A stretch of 64,000 nucleotides of DNA from Lama glama (Eukaryota): the NCBI GenBank assembly GCA_028534125.1, contig CM052817.1, positions 7,814,001 through 7,878,000 on the forward strand, written 5' to 3'. Below, one piece after another: positions 38,785-52,464 of the stretch. How positions within the stretch are numbered: position 1 is the first letter of the stretch; each line of letters opens with the position of its first letter. The notes below the pieces were generated by a model. The model worked only from the letters and a program-made list of their open reading frames with translations. It did no database searches and was not told the DNA's origin. A program made the position numbers and the translations under genes.

Positions 38785-40772
38785 TTAAATTTTTTTATTA
38801 AAGAATAGTTGATTTACCATATTATTGTAGTTTCAGGTGTACAACATAGTAATTCTATTTTTATAGATTATGTTCCATTTAAAGTTATTACAAAATACTG
38901 GCTATATTTCCCTGTGCTGTACAATATATCCTTGTATTTATTTTATACATGTAGTTTGTATTTCTTAATCCCCTATCCCTCCCCCTCCACTGATGACCAC
39001 TAGTTTGTTCTCTGTCTGTGAGTCTGTTTCTGCAATACACATTCATTTGTATAATTTTTTAGATTCTACATATAAGTGGTATCACATAGTATTTGACCTT
39101 CTCTGTCTGACTTATTTCATTAAGCATAATACCCTCCAGGGCCATCTACATTGTTGCAAACAGCAGTTTCATTCTTTTCTATGGCTGAGTAATAATATAC
39201 ATATATTTATTTAATTATATATGTATCTTCTTTATCCATTCATCTGTTGATGGACACATGGGCTGCTTGCATTTCTTGGCTACTGAAGATAATGCTGCTA
39301 TGAACATTTAGGTGCATGTATCTTTTCGAATTAGTTTTTTTCATTTTCTTTGGATATATACCCAGGAGTGGAATTGCTGGATCATATGACAGTTCTATTT
39401 TTAGGTTTTTGAGGAATCTCCATCCTGTTTTCCATAGTGGCTACACCAATTTACATTCCCACCAACAGTGTACAAGGGTTCCCTTTTCTCCACATCCTCA
39501 CCAACATTTGTTCCTTGTGGTCATTTTGAAGAGAACCACTCTGACAGGTGCGGGGTGATATTTCATTGTGGTTTTGATTTGCATTTCTCCTGTGATTATT
39601 GCCACTGAGTATCTTTTCATGTGCCTGCTGGTCATCTGTGTGTCTCCTTTGGAAAAATGTCTATTGAGGTCTTCTGCTCATTTTCAATCAAGTTGTTTGT
39701 TTGTTTGTTTTTTATATTGAGACGTGTGAGTTGTTTCTAATCAGTCATATCATTTGCAAATATTTTCCCCCATTCAGTAGGTTGTCTTTTAATTTTGTCA
39801 GTGGTTTCCCTTGATGTGCAAAAGCTTTGAAGTTTAATTAGCCCCCATCTGTTTATTTTTCCTTTTGTTTCTTTGCCTTGGGAGACAGACCAAAAAAAAT
39901 ATTGCTATGATTTATGCTAAAGAATGATCTGCCTATGTTCTCTTCTAGGAGTTTTATGGTTTTAGGTCTTACATTTAGATCTTTAATCTATTTTGAGTTT
40001 ATTTTTGTACATAGTGTGACAAAATGCTCTAATTTCATTCTTTTACATGCAGCTGTCCAGTTTTCCCAGTACCACTTAATAAAGAGAGTGTCTTTTCTCC
40101 ATTGTATATCTTGCCTCTTTTGTCATAGATTTAATTGACCGTAAGTGTGTAGGTTTATTTCTGGGCTCTCTATTCTGTCCCACTTAACTATGTGTCTGTG
40201 GCAATACCATGCAGTTTTGATTACTATAGCTTTATAGATAGTCTGAAGTCAAGATGCATGATACCTCCAGCTATGTTCTTTTCTCTCAAGATTGCTTTGG
40301 CAATTCAGGGTCTTTTGTGGTTCCTTATAAATTTTAGAATTATTGTTTTGTGAAAAATGTCATGGGTATTTTGATAGGAATTCCATTAAATCTGTGTATC
40401 CTTCTGAGTAGTATGGACATTTTAACAATATTAATTCTTCCAATCCAAGGACATGAGGTGTCTTTCTACCTCTTTGTATTATCTTCAGTTTCCTTCACAA
40501 TGTTTTATAGGCTTCAGGGTATGAGTTTTTCACTTCCTCAGTTTTACATTTCATTACACTATTACATGTCATACACTAACATAGTATTAGAAGTCCTAGT
40601 CACAGCAATCAGACAAGAAAAAGAAATAAAAGCATCCAGTTTGGAAAGGAAGAAATAAAACTGTCACTATTTGCAGATGACATGATACTCTACAAAGAAA
40701 ACTAAAGTCTCCACCAAAAAACTATTAGAACTAATAAACAAATTCAGTAAAATTGCAGGATACAAGATTAAT
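38785..40772 (-). mobile_element. ~2 kb L1 (ORF2 3' part and 3' UTR) with an inverted 5' segment at 40577-40772
   Basis: Antisense ORF2 signature 'ggatatatacccaggagtggaattgctggatcat'; + strand piece encodes RT motif LFADDMILY...AGYKIN; disrupted by stops and frameshifts. Confidence 0.93.
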
Positions 40773-41439
40773 AGCCTGGTTTTGTTCATGATGTATTCCT
40801 TTATGATTCTTGATCACCCCTCATACATTTTTTTGCAAGTCTTTTTCAGGCTGTTTTATTAAATCTATTTTATGTGCCTTGACACATCCAGTCACGGATT
40901 TTATTGACCACCTTTTAATATTTTCATGTGTTTTATAACTTTGGTTTGTGGGCACATTTTTGTATGGAGTATTACTGTTTTTCTCTCTGACGTGGGGGTA
41001 AATACGTTTGTTTTTATGTACTCCTCCATGTCTAACCTTTTCTGCCTTCACCTGGGCCCCTGGAACTCTTGGCCAGAGCTAGGTCTTTTATTGGAATCAA
41101 GGAGCTCTTGTCCCCAGAGGCATTCACAGACACAGTCACTAGCCAGGAGAGTCTCTTGGCTCATAACTCAAAGGTACACAACTTTATACAAAGTAAAAAG
41201 CAGCAACTTTTCACACCAGGTTCTCCCTGAACCACATTCCAGCACTTTTGAGAAACAGTGATCCTGGCACCATTAGGGCAATTTAGTCCTAATTGCACCA
41301 TAGGGCCTAAATTCCAATCCTCCCCTGCTCCCTGCACCACAGAGATGAGTATCCTATTTTTGAACAACCGTGGAGGACTTTTTCCCTTTTACTATATTTT
41401 ATCTATCATTTCCATGTCTGGGAAGCAGCAGAGTTGACT

Positions 41440-41790
41440 GGCCTCAAAATATAAACTTAAAATCTCATTCTGACATGTCACCCACCCTTCAAAAATCAGA
41501 TTATTGCTTAGTGTCACCTCCCTGTCACAGTCCATGATTATTCCTCTGCTTGGAATTCACACTCCTGGTTCTGCCATATTAGTTCTTCAAGGCTTAACTT
41601 ATACCTCTCCTTTTTCAATATGTTTTCCACAGTAAACTCCATTTCCCCCAACCCCTTTATTTGTTCCTCACGCTCAACAGATTGCAAACTTGAGAATAGA
41701 GGCTGAATTGGTTTCATCTCACATCTCCTTTTAAAGTTCACTGTGAGTGCTTAATCAATATTTAGTGAATGAACAGTTAATGAATGCATA
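41440..41790 (+). mobile_element. L2 fragment with tail
   Basis: 'aaatctcattctgacatgtcacccacc...gtgcttaatcaatatttagtgaatgaac'. Confidence 0.6.
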
Positions 41791-42479
41791 TTTGTTTGAG
41801 CTTTAGAAAACCCAAATGCACAGGACCTTATTTTGACTTTCCTAAAATCTACCAGCAAGGCTAAAAATAAAAAGTAGAACTAAAACAACTTTTCTCTTCA
41901 AGACATCTCAAACTCCTAAACCTATACTCAGATATCCTGAAAACATGTAGACATTTTTCAGTCTTCCAGTTCTGTGAAACCCAAAACAGTTTGTTCTCCT
42001 TGCCATTTCGGAAGATAAATAGGATCTGTGGAGAAATTATGCAAACTTTCCCTGGAAAATAAAAAGATTTCTAAAAAACCCACAGGCAAACTTCTGAAAA
42101 GCCAAAATCAACCAGCTCCATTTAACATGCAGAACTTTCTACACCTCTCCATAAAATAATGTGGATGATTAAATCTCACGAAAACTTAAGAAAATCAAAT
42201 ACCACATTTTGCCAAGAAAGATTAACATATACACATATGTGTGTACATATATTTGTGTGCATGTATATGTCTACACTCAGATGAACAAGAACAGCAGCTT
42301 TATGCAACTGAATGAATAAATGGGTGAATGAGAGAATCTGAGCAGTAATTGTTTGTTAGATCACTGGCACTTACTCTCTAACAGTAGAAACAGCTGATGG
42401 TTCTCTCCAACACAACTTGCTCCCAAGACCCCGTGAATTTGCAGTACTATCCTTTGATTAGCCTTCCCTACCTTGGTTA

Positions 42480-42725
42480 ACTGGATAAATCTCATTCAGC
42501 TTAAATCCTGCCTCCTTTGGACAGCCTCTGACTCCTGGCCTATCTTCACTGCCCTTTCCACCCCTCTATCAGGACAAGTATTGAGACTATTTCTTCACCT
42601 GTCTTCCCTTCATCAAACTGTGGGTCATCTAAGGGTAAGATCAAGGGTTTCCATCTCTGAATCCCAATGCAGCCCTGTGCTTAACACATGATCGGTATGC
42701 AGTACGTTTTTGATGAATGAATGAT
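42480..42725 (+). mobile_element. L2 3' end
   Basis: 'catctctgaatcccaatgcagccctgtgcttaacacatgatcggtatgcagtacgtttttgatgaatgaatga'. Confidence 0.7.
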
Positions 42726-43767
42726 TAACACTTATGGGTAGAATTACTCTGCAATCTATTTCCATCAAAGAATGAAACCATTAACAGCTTCTGCTTTATC
42801 AGGAGTCCTCTGCTAAACACAATCTAAAAGGGCTTCTGAAAAAGTACTGCTAACTTTCAGTGTGAACACCATGATCCTTCTAAAATTAAAAAAAGGCACC
42901 CCTCCCGTTAAAAAATTTCAGCCATTTTACACCAGCAAATAAACACTCAAATGATATGTTTTTCTATTAAAAACTCGTGGGTCTTAAATTTCTTCTTAAT
43001 CACAGGCTTTAGTATTATTACACGTGTTCCATTAACAGGCATATCCAATGAATTCCCTTTCATAAACACTAGTAAGTTCAGTGCAAGCCAGCCAGGTGAT
43101 TAATTTATAATTCTTGACACATTAGGGAGGTGGGTTGGAGGTAAGAAGTAGCCAGTAAGTCCTAGGATGGTTTGCCTTTTATGCCAACACCACGGACACA
43201 CACAGAGAAGGGCACATGCAAACACCTGAGCACAGAACACATACACACACACACAGACACATGCCACCCATGAACACTCACTGCTCGACTGGCACTGAAC
43301 CCATATTTGACAAACCAATGCCTGAAGGCAAATAGCTGAGCCTAAACTGTTGCAGGTTCCTTTTCACATAAAAAAAATAATAATGAATAAAAATTGTTGG
43401 AGTTTGGCCAGAACCTAATGCAGCACAATTTCTAAATTCAGCGTCGTCCTTCCCCCAACACACGTACTCCCCACTTGCTCTACCGCCTCCTTGCTTTTCT
43501 AAGCAGGTTACCCTACCTCGCATAAAAAGTCATTCAGTATCTGCTTCCATCTCTGATACCTAATGCATTAGGATCTCTCCCTACACCTGAGGGACAGAGA
43601 TTCACTGTGCAAGAAGGAAAAGAACTTCAGATTGGAAATAAGCAGCCACTAACTTGCTGTGTGATTTCAGAAGAGTTAGTTTCCCTCTCTGAACCACATG
43701 AGTAAATGTCCACATATGTGAATGAGAAGGCTGGCTGTGATGATTCCTTCCCTTTCTAATTTTTTTA

Positions 43768-44070
43768 TGTAGTAGTTGAGAGCATGGACTCTGGAGCCAG
43801 ACTGATGGGGATCAACTCCTAGCCCTTTATTTGCCTGCTAAATAGTGATGATGATGATGATGATGAAAATGATGATGTTAGATGGATGATGGATCAACAG
43901 ATGATAGGCAGATGGTAGGTAGATAGGTAGATAGATAGACAGATAGACAGATAGCATCTCATGGATACTGTCTTATACTGAGAATTAAATGACATATTCC
44001 ATATAAAGTGTTTAAAAGAGGGCCTGCCCCATTGTAAGCCCTATATAAAGGTCACTTGCTATTACATTAC
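43768..44070 (+). mobile_element. MIR interrupted by (GAT)n/(GATA)n microsatellite (~43846-43953)
   Basis: 'gtagttgagagcatggactctggagccagactg' ... 'gagaattaaatgacatattccatataaagtgttta'. Confidence 0.85.
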
Positions 44071-45351
44071 ACAAATTTAAAAAATGATTTCCAAAGGCCA
44101 TACTATTAACTCTTTCTGTCTCGTTTTTGTATTTCAGAATAAGGATGTGATAAACAAAAGCCAAATATTGAACATTTACTTCTGGTCACACGAGGGGACA
44201 GTTGTTTCCCCTAATCGCTAAAGCCCCCGACTCTTAGACCTCACGAATCAGCTGGGCCTGCTGAGCGCTGCTGGCGCTGCCGGGAAGACGAGGACAGGAA
44301 GGAACGGGAGGGAAGCCGCCGTCAGGAATGAAGGGCGCTGGCAAAGCGAGGGGACTCACACGGAGCCCTGGCCACATGGACTTGGCAGCATCCAGGCCTC
44401 TTCATCTCTCAATTTCATGGTCATAAAAAAAAAAAAAAAAACACATAAAAAGCCCAGTAACTACATGAATATGGAAACGGCTTGAACACCCTGGAGATGT
44501 GGTCAGCGTGGGTCACATTCAAGTCGCACTGTGGCATCCAGGGATGATGGCAGGTCACGCAGGCTCTGTGACCTTCCCAGGGGCAAGGAAAAGTGATGAA
44601 AATGATATTTCAACCCCCTGAGCTATCGATGCAGAAACTTTCACAGAATCTAAGTCCAGGACAGAAAAACAAACAGTTCAAATTATTCAATCTTCCAATA
44701 TCCCAGTTTCTAAGGAGATTTCCTCCCAAATGAGTCAATGGAAACTGCTCTTTAAAAACCAGGTATTTATTTTCCTTTTATGAAAGATTGAATATATTGC
44801 TTAGTAATAATAACAGGGGAAAAAATAACAGTGATGTAAACCAAGGCAAGAAGACTGGTCAGCAGGGTGATTACCCCTGATCTGTGCTTTCAGCTGGAGC
44901 CCAGAGACAGAGTGCTTTCTCTTTCTCTATTCCCTGCCTTGACAGAGCACTGTACTGGGAGCCCCGACGCTAAGGATCTCATCCCCAGAACATCCGCTGA
45001 TGAGCTGTGTGTCCCTGGGAAACCTCTTAGCCTCTCTGGGCCTGTTACACAATCAACAAGAACATTAATTAGATAGATCGCAGCCCTCATGTTCAATGGC
45101 TTTAGGCTGCCATCCACCAGCTCCCACCCTCCATTGGTCGAAGGTTTCCCTGCAAGAATCTTAATATCCTTGTGCATCCAGGCTTGCACGAGCCTTCATC
45201 AGAATGGCTGAGTGATGTCCAGCAGGTGTCACAGGAAGCAGGTAGAAGAGCCACAACTCAATCAGGATGTAATTAAAAGGAGAGCTGGGAGGATGTCACG
45301 TGGGCACAAGAGGTACCTGATACACTACACTTTTTAAAATGACAGCTCACT

Positions 45352-45602
45352 CGTGAACTGTACAACACGGTGAATCCTAACTTAAATTATGGACTTTAGC
45401 GAGTAATAATGTATCAACATCGGTTCATCAGTTGTAACATATGCACCACACTCCTGTGAGACATTAATAACAGAGGAAACTGCATACAGGGGAACAAGGG
45501 TATATGGGGACTTTCTGTACTTTCTGCTTAGGTTACCTGTATACCTGAAACTGTCCTAAAAAATAGTCTATTAAGTAAAACAAACGAACAAAAAAAACAA
45601 AA
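45352..45602 (+). mobile_element. L1MC-type 3' end
   Basis: 'gtgaatcctaacttaaattatggacttt...aataatgtatcaacatcggttcatcagttgtaac'. Confidence 0.85.
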
Positions 45603-45644
45603 AGACTTCAGCTCTCCCTGTTTCTAACACACCTAACGTATCTT

Positions 45645-45982
45645 ATCATCTTAGTTAGGGCTGCTCTAACAAATTACTCTAAAAATAGGACTGTATAGTT
45701 TAAACAATAAACATTTATCTCTCCCAGTTCTGGAGGCTGGAAGTCCAAGACCAGGGTGCAGCATGATGGGGGTTGGTGCCTACTTTTCTTTGTTTCACAT
45801 GGCAGATATACGATGAGCTAGCTCTCTGGTCCCTTCTTTTAAGGGCACTAATTCTATTCACAATGGCTCAAACCTGATGACCTTGTTACCTCCCCAAACC
45901 TCCACCTCCTAATATGATCACACTGGAAGTTGGATTTCAACATACGAATGCTGAGGGGCACACAAACATTCAGTCCCTAACA
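45645..45982 (-). mobile_element. MaLR solo LTR (MLT1A-like) nested in an L2 tail ending ~46195
   Basis: 'cagttctggaggctggaagtccaagacc...cacaaacattcagtccctaaca'. Confidence 0.88.
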
Positions 45983-47721
45983 CTCACCTTGCTGACGATG
46001 CTCGTTTTTTTTCATGGCGCTCATCGCTGTCTTATTAGCATTATTAGACTTACATTTAGTGTTGACCCCACCTCATACAGGATCCATGAGGATAGAGATG
46101 TTTGTAATTTTTGTTCACTGATATATTCCCCAGTAATGCCTAGTGCATGACAGACACTCAATAAGTACTTTTTGAATCAATGAATGAATGAATAAAGAAC
46201 ATGAGAAGCCTAAAACTCTGGCAGACTAACTGCAGAACAGAGAATCCACTGAAGATGAGAAATAACCCTTAGGCAAAGAAAAAGGATGGGGAAGGTTTAC
46301 ACTAGTGACCACTCTAATCCAAAAGCTCATCAAGTTCCCCTCCCCACTCTCTACACCCATGAAATCAGCAAGAAATTAATCTGGAACTACCAATGACAAA
46401 AGCCAACTGGGCAGCCCAAGTCAACAGCAAGAAGCACAAATTATCAAAAGATGCCAACTTGGGCAAATTTTAGCCATGTCCCTAGTGAGGATCTGACACT
46501 AGGCCCGAGACTGTGGTTCCAAGAAGAGTGATTCCTACCTCCCTTGGATTCCCTGAAACCACTGCTCGACGGGGAAGGACCATGAGACAAACTGATGGCC
46601 ATGCTGATGATGAGGGAAAGCGCGGAGAGAGCTACGACCCACTGAGGGTTTACCATGCGGAAGGCAGTGCCCCACACGTGTAATCGTCGCAGCATCCCTG
46701 GGAGACAGGACCGTTATCTTCACTGTGGCAGAGACAACGTCAGTTGTTCACGGTTGCATCTGCCCTCACCACACAGCAGTTTTCCCACCACCACTCCCCT
46801 TGATTCAAAAAAGGATCCTATGCCTGGATTCTGGCTAATGGAGCATAGGCAAAAGGGATGCATCCACTTCTGCGTGTGGCTCCTCTCCCACCACCATTCC
46901 CAATATTCCACACTCTCCTTCTTTAGACAGTAAAGTGGGAAAGAAAGAGAGTGTAAGGGTGTCAAGCCACTGGGAGTTCCTGTTATGGCAACTGGCAATA
47001 ATTACCTTGGCTAATGCTACCATTTTACAGAGGAGAAAACTGAGGCACCATTGTAGGAACTTGCCCTAGTTGGTACTGGAGCTTATCTGAACACAGGTAG
47101 TCAGCCTGCGTCCATGAGCTTAATCCCCTGTGAGAGCAGGCTCTGGGGAGACCAAAGCCCCTTCATTCAGCCACAGTCTCTGATACCAGGGAAGCCACGA
47201 AACCAACATCAGGAAATGTCTCACCTCCAGGAACTGTGGGCAGGCAGAGCACACAGGCTTTACAGAATGAGGTCGCTCAGGAATTCTGTGTCTATACATA
47301 GGCCACATACTTAATTTTGATGCAGATGGTATATGGCATTTTCTGTTCATTAAATTCCTTAATATAACTTTACGGTAAGAATGCTCGTCTTGTATTTCAT
47401 ACAGTCCCAGGAGTGCTAGGAACGGGGATTAAGCCACCCAGCAACACTGCATGAAACTAATTAACTGGCAGCATTTACAAATGCTTACTACATGACAGTA
47501 CTACATTCAGAGAAAAAGAAGGCGCTGGGAATGGATGAGGAAGATGTCTCCGCACAGATGTCAGTTTATACTCTGGGGCGAGCACTTGGCAAGGAGTGTC
47601 TGTATACTTTACATTATCCCATCACTGACAACCCTGTGAAAGACGCATTATTACCCCTATTGTACAGATACGGAAACTGAGGGTCAGGGAGGCAAGTAAC
47701 TTTCTAAGACTCCTCAACTCA

Positions 47722-48022
47722 CATGGGGGAGAAAAAAAAATCCAAAGCAGCCCAAAGAGAAAGGGGGAATAGATAAATTAAGCATATGAGATCAACAGAT
47801 ACACACCACTATATACAAAACAGATAAACAACAAGAACCTACTGTATAGCACAGGGAACTATATTCAATACCCTTTAATAACCTATAACAGAAAAGAATC
47901 TGAAAAACAATAGATATATTCTATTATACATATTCACATTAGATATAACTGAATCATTTTACTGTACATCTGAAACTAACACAGTATTGTAGATCAACTA
48001 TAGTTTGATTAAAAAAAAAAAA
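47722..48022 (+). mobile_element. Cetartiodactyl-type L1 3' UTR with A tail, inserted in a MIR (47570-47720)
   Basis: 'aaacaacaagaacctactgtatagcacagggaactatattcaata...gaaactaacacagtattgtagatcaactata'. Confidence 0.9.
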
Positions 48023-48269
48023 ACAGCTCAGCATTGTCCAGGCTTTTTCACTGCAATCCATGACCCATCAACAAGATTGTTTTTAACTGAAATACATAGT
48101 GATAGAAAAAAAAAGAGCCTAGGGCACCTCCCTTTCTAGAATAGAAGTGTTCCAAAAAAACTTTTAGAGTAAATCTCTGTAAAGCAAATTCAAATTCCCT
48201 ATTGACTCTCCAAGTCGGGACAATGAGCTAAATTCTTTTACAGAGCAAGGAGGAAAGACAATAACAGAT

Positions 48270-48730
48270 GATCTCCACTGAGGGCTCACTAGGTGCTACA
48301 CACATCATATGCATTATTTTTTCACATTCACAACAAACCTATGGGACAGGCTATTATTATTCGCATGTTAACAGGTGAAGAGACTGGGAGCATAAAAGGA
48401 CAACTTACTTGCCAATAGACACACAGCCAGCCTCAGCCAGAATTTCAACCCGGGGAGTCTGATGGTGAGAAGAATAACATCGATGATGCTATTTAAAGCT
48501 AACTACAAGCCAGGCAGCGTGCTAAGCATCTGTCATATATTAACTTGTTTAATCCTCAGAATAACTCTATTATTGTCCCATTTTATAGAAGAGCAAACTG
48601 AGGCACTGAAGAAATTAAGTAAAATGACATAATCCATACTGGCCTACACAGCTTGCAAATGGCACAGCCAGAGTTCAGATGCAGGCAGTTTGGCTCCAGC
48701 GCCTGGGCTCATAACCACCACACTCTACTG
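48270..48730 (-). mobile_element. Two tandem MIR SINEs
   Basis: 'gccaggcagcgtgctaagcat...tttaatcctcagaataactctat...aaactgaggcactgaag'. Confidence 0.85.
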
Positions 48731-48886
48731 CCTGATTCCAGGACCTCTCACATCTTTCTTCACTACAATCTTTCTCTTAAGTGGAGGCCAAAACCACACA
48801 AAGCAAGTGTCTCCACTGTATTTAGGGGAAGCATGGTTTCTCACCCTCCACCCCCAGTCTCCTGCCTGCAATCTCTGATGCTGTAC

Positions 48887-49314
48887 TGTTATCAACTGAA
48901 ATTATGTGTGTCTCCCCCCAAATCCTTCTGTTGAAGTCCTAACTCACAGTGTCATGGTATTTGGAGGCAAGGACTTTTAAGAAGTAATCAGGATTAGACG
49001 CAGTCTTGAAGATGGGGTCCTTGAGATGGTATGAATGCCTATATAAGACAAGACACCAGAAAGCTTGGAGCACTCTCTCTCTCCCCCCCCTTCCCCCCCA
49101 TCCCCCAGCTCTCTGTCTCTCCACTGTGGCCATGTGAGGACACCACATGAAGGTGGACACTGGAAAGCCAGGAAAGGGGCTCTCATCAAAAACTGAATCA
49201 GCCAGCACCATGACCTTGGATGTCCCAGCCTTCAGAACTGTGAGAAATAAATGGTTGCTGTCTAAGCCATCAGTCTATGGTATTTTGTTACGACAGCCTG
49301 AGCTGACTAAGGCA
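48887..49314 (+). mobile_element. MaLR solo LTR (MLT1B-like), full length
   Basis: 'tgttatcaactgaa...cagccttcagaactgtgagaaataaatggttgctgtctaagcc...gctgactaaggca'. Confidence 0.9.
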
Positions 49315-49572
49315 TGATCAGTAGCTCTCCTGTACGTGACAACTTCAACTCCATCAGAATCGCATCTCCCAGTCTCCTAGGACTCAGCTCCATTCTCCCT
49401 TCTAGCTGATTATTTCCGCGGCCTGACAAACGGGTCGGGTTTGATGCCCTTACTAAGACCGCAAGTACTTCCCCAGATGCTGTCTCTCTCTTGCAGAGGT
49501 GCCTGCGCAGGAAAGTGGTCCACATCTCAGGATTCAAGTGAACCAAACTAAAGGCATTCCTTGCTCCCTCCT

Positions 49573-50080
49573 TGTATTAGTCATCCATTGCTGCATAACA
49601 AGTTAACATAGAATTTAAAAGCTCAATACAGTAACATTTACCATCTCATAATTTCTATTGATCTAGAATCTGGGCACAGCTTAGCTGGGTCCCCTGGCTC
49701 AGGGTCTCACAGGTGTTGGCCAGGGCAGTCATTTTGCCTCAAGATGGGAATGGGGGTGGTGTGGGGATACAGGGAGGATCTGCTCCCAAACTCATTCACA
49801 TGGCCCCCTAAGACATCAGTTCTTTGCCACATGGGTGTATTCTCAACACACAGCTCACATCCCCCAAAGGAAGAGCCAGATAGCAGGTCCCAAGATGAAA
49901 GCTACATACAGTCTCTTTGTAGACTGATCTTGGAAGTGCCATCTTATCACTTCTACTATGTTCTATCCATTAGGAGCGAGTGGCCAGGGCCAGCCCACCT
50001 TTAAGTTGTGGGGATTACACAACAGTCTGAATGTAAGGAATCTAGGATCGTTGGAAGCCACTCTAGAAGCTGCCGACCTT
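49573..50080 (-). mobile_element. MaLR solo LTR (MLT1E/F-like)
   Basis: 'tgtattagtcatccattgctgcataacaa...gaatctgggcacagcttagctgggtccc'. Confidence 0.8.
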
Positions 50081-50459
50081 GAAATTTCTTTGAAGTTAGA
50101 GCTACCTGTAGTAGTCTGACAGCTTACCATAGCAGATTAGGATGAGTTATCAGCTGAAAATTCTAACTCAAGTAACAGGCATCCAAATGGAAATAGGCTT
50201 AAACAATGTGGAAATACACTCTTTCTAATAACTGCCAAACTGCTGAACTGCCTAACTCTTTCTGATAAGCTTGCAAAACACGGGCAAGCTTCAGTGCTGG
50301 GTGACTCAGTGGCTCAGCCACGTGAGCGGGGCACTGGGCATCTCCCCCCTCTCCTGTCTGCCCTCCACTACGATCACTTCACACTCAGGCTACCTTCCCT
50401 CTTGGTCACACGACAGCTGTCAGTAGCACCTGGTGCAGCGTGCCTCTTTGGAATATGAG

Positions 50460-50578
50460 CAAGGTGGCCACGTAAGACACTTTCAGCGTGGAAAAGGCCA
50501 CTAATTAACAGTTAAAACGGGACAGCAGGCATAAAGCAGGACTTTCCCAAGGAAGAGCAGGACAGCTGGTTGCCCCAA
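50460..50578. mobile_element. MER81/MER94-like hAT-Blackjack MITE
   Basis: 'aacgggacagcaggcataaagcaggactttcccaagg...ggttgcccc'. Confidence 0.65.
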
Positions 50579-50689
50579 ATGCAAGTTTTCCTCTTCAACA
50601 TCACAGGGTCACCTTAGATCACTGACGCAGCCCTGCACCAGTGATAGCCTCCGCGGGGTATCTTGGGCTTATTCACTCTCATTCGCTCT

Positions 50690-51750
50690 TCCATTTATCC
50701 AGCGCCTACTTATTGAATGTTTTCTCTATTCTAGAGCTGTCAGCATTGAAGATAGAGCAGTGAACAAAACAGACAAAAGTCCCTGACCCACAGAGCTTCT
50801 ATTCTAGTGATGGGCACAAAAACAAACCAAATAAGGCTGCTGGAGAATGATGGCATTAAAGAAAGCAAGGAATGGGACTGGAGAGGGCAGGAGGGCGGTG
50901 CAACTTTAACTAAGCTGCCGGGAATATCTCACTGAGAAGGGGATATTTGAGCATAATGTTAGACAAGGTCAGGCGTAGCTATGGGTGCTGGTGGAACAGT
51001 GTTCCAGCGCGGGGGTGGGGGCGAGGGGCAGCAGTGGTGGTGAGAGCCAGCGGTCCTGGGTGGGATCTATCTAATGTGCTTCAGGAGCAGTGAACTGGCC
51101 AGAAGCTGAAAGAGAGTGAACGAGGGGAGGAGCAGAAGATGAGGTCACGGAGGGAATGGGAGCCAACCACGCAGGGCTACAGAGGCCATCCTAAGAAGCG
51201 CTCTTGTTATCTTGAAAGAAACGGGCCTCGTTAGAGGGTTCAGAGCAGAGACATTCCACGCTCTGATTTACGCTTCACCGTGATTCTAGACGGCTGCTAA
51301 ACTGAGAAGAGAACAGGAACAGATTCGTGGAAGCGAGATGGTGTGAGTTAGGAGGCTATGATAATCCAGGAGATGTGATGGCGGATGCAGGGAGAGACTC
51401 AGACCCTGATATGGTTTGAAAGGAGAGCCTACATGACTGGCTAATGAACTGCTTGAGAAGAGAGACTGAGCGCTGTAAACTGCGGCCTCAGAGTATCCTT
51501 GGGTTTGTAAACTAAAATAATGGAGTTTCTACAAAATAGAATGGAAAAGCCACTGAAGGGGCAGGTTTGGGAGAGGGGCCAGAGAAAAGGGAGAAGATCA
51601 GGAGTCTGATTTTGGAGATGGTGTGTTTGACATGCCTGTTAGACCACCAAGTGAAGATGTCAACTAGCCCTTGGAGACATGAGTCTGTCGAGATGTTTGG
51701 ACTGGAGATGTAAACTTGCAATTCATCAGCATATAAAAGATACTTAAGTC
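50690..51750 (-). mobile_element. ~1 kb L2 LINE fragment
   Basis: 'gagcagtgaacaaaacagacaaaagtccctgacc', 'tttgacatgcctgttagaccaccaagtgaagatgtcaa'. Confidence 0.88.
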
Positions 51751-52464
51751 ACTAAGTCAATTTGTTAAATCATTCATGCATTCAAACAATTCCATGTGGT
51801 AGGTAGCATTTGAGATGCTAAATATATCTATACTTATTTACAGCCACACTATTTTTAATATAAATATATATACAAATATATATTATTTTATATATGTATA
51901 TACTGATGTAACCTGTCTATCTATCTATCTATGTATCTATCTATCTATATTGTTGATATGTATCAACAAACAATACTTTGTTTGATCCCCACTTTTACGG
52001 ACCTCATTGGTGGAGAAGGCTGATAATAAAATCTAAAGACACTGATGATGTTGCATTAAAAAAAAAAAGAATTCAAGGGCTCCAAAAACAAAGCCGTACC
52101 TCTCCCACTCTTGGGTATGAGAGTCAGCTCTGTTGTCCCTTTTTCAAGTTGTGGGTTGGCTTTTACTACGCTCACAGATTCTGTGGGTCGAAATTTAAGG
52201 CAAGGGCCGTGGGGTGGAGGCAGAGTAAATGAAAGGAAAACAGGTGAATGAGAGATTAAAAATAAGCCAGCAGGAAACAATCCCCTAAGGCCTTGCAAGC
52301 CATGGTAAGGACTTAGGATTTTACTCAAGTGTGACTGGAAGCCACTGGATGGCTCTGAGCAAGAAGCAGTATTTCCTGACTCACATTTTGAAATGCATAA
52401 GTCCCAAGAACAGTGAAATGAGAACATCTTGGAAGAAAATGGAAATGCCCAAATGTATACACCT

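Noticed and set aside
38809..40658. Plus-strand ORFs such as '[24 protein letters not shown]'
   Set aside because: Well-known antisense translations of L1 ORF2 and 3' UTR.
46560..46750. CpG-rich patch as an exon or island
   Set aside because: Aligns by eye to a diverged MIR that is interrupted by an MLT1-like fragment and resumes near 47020.
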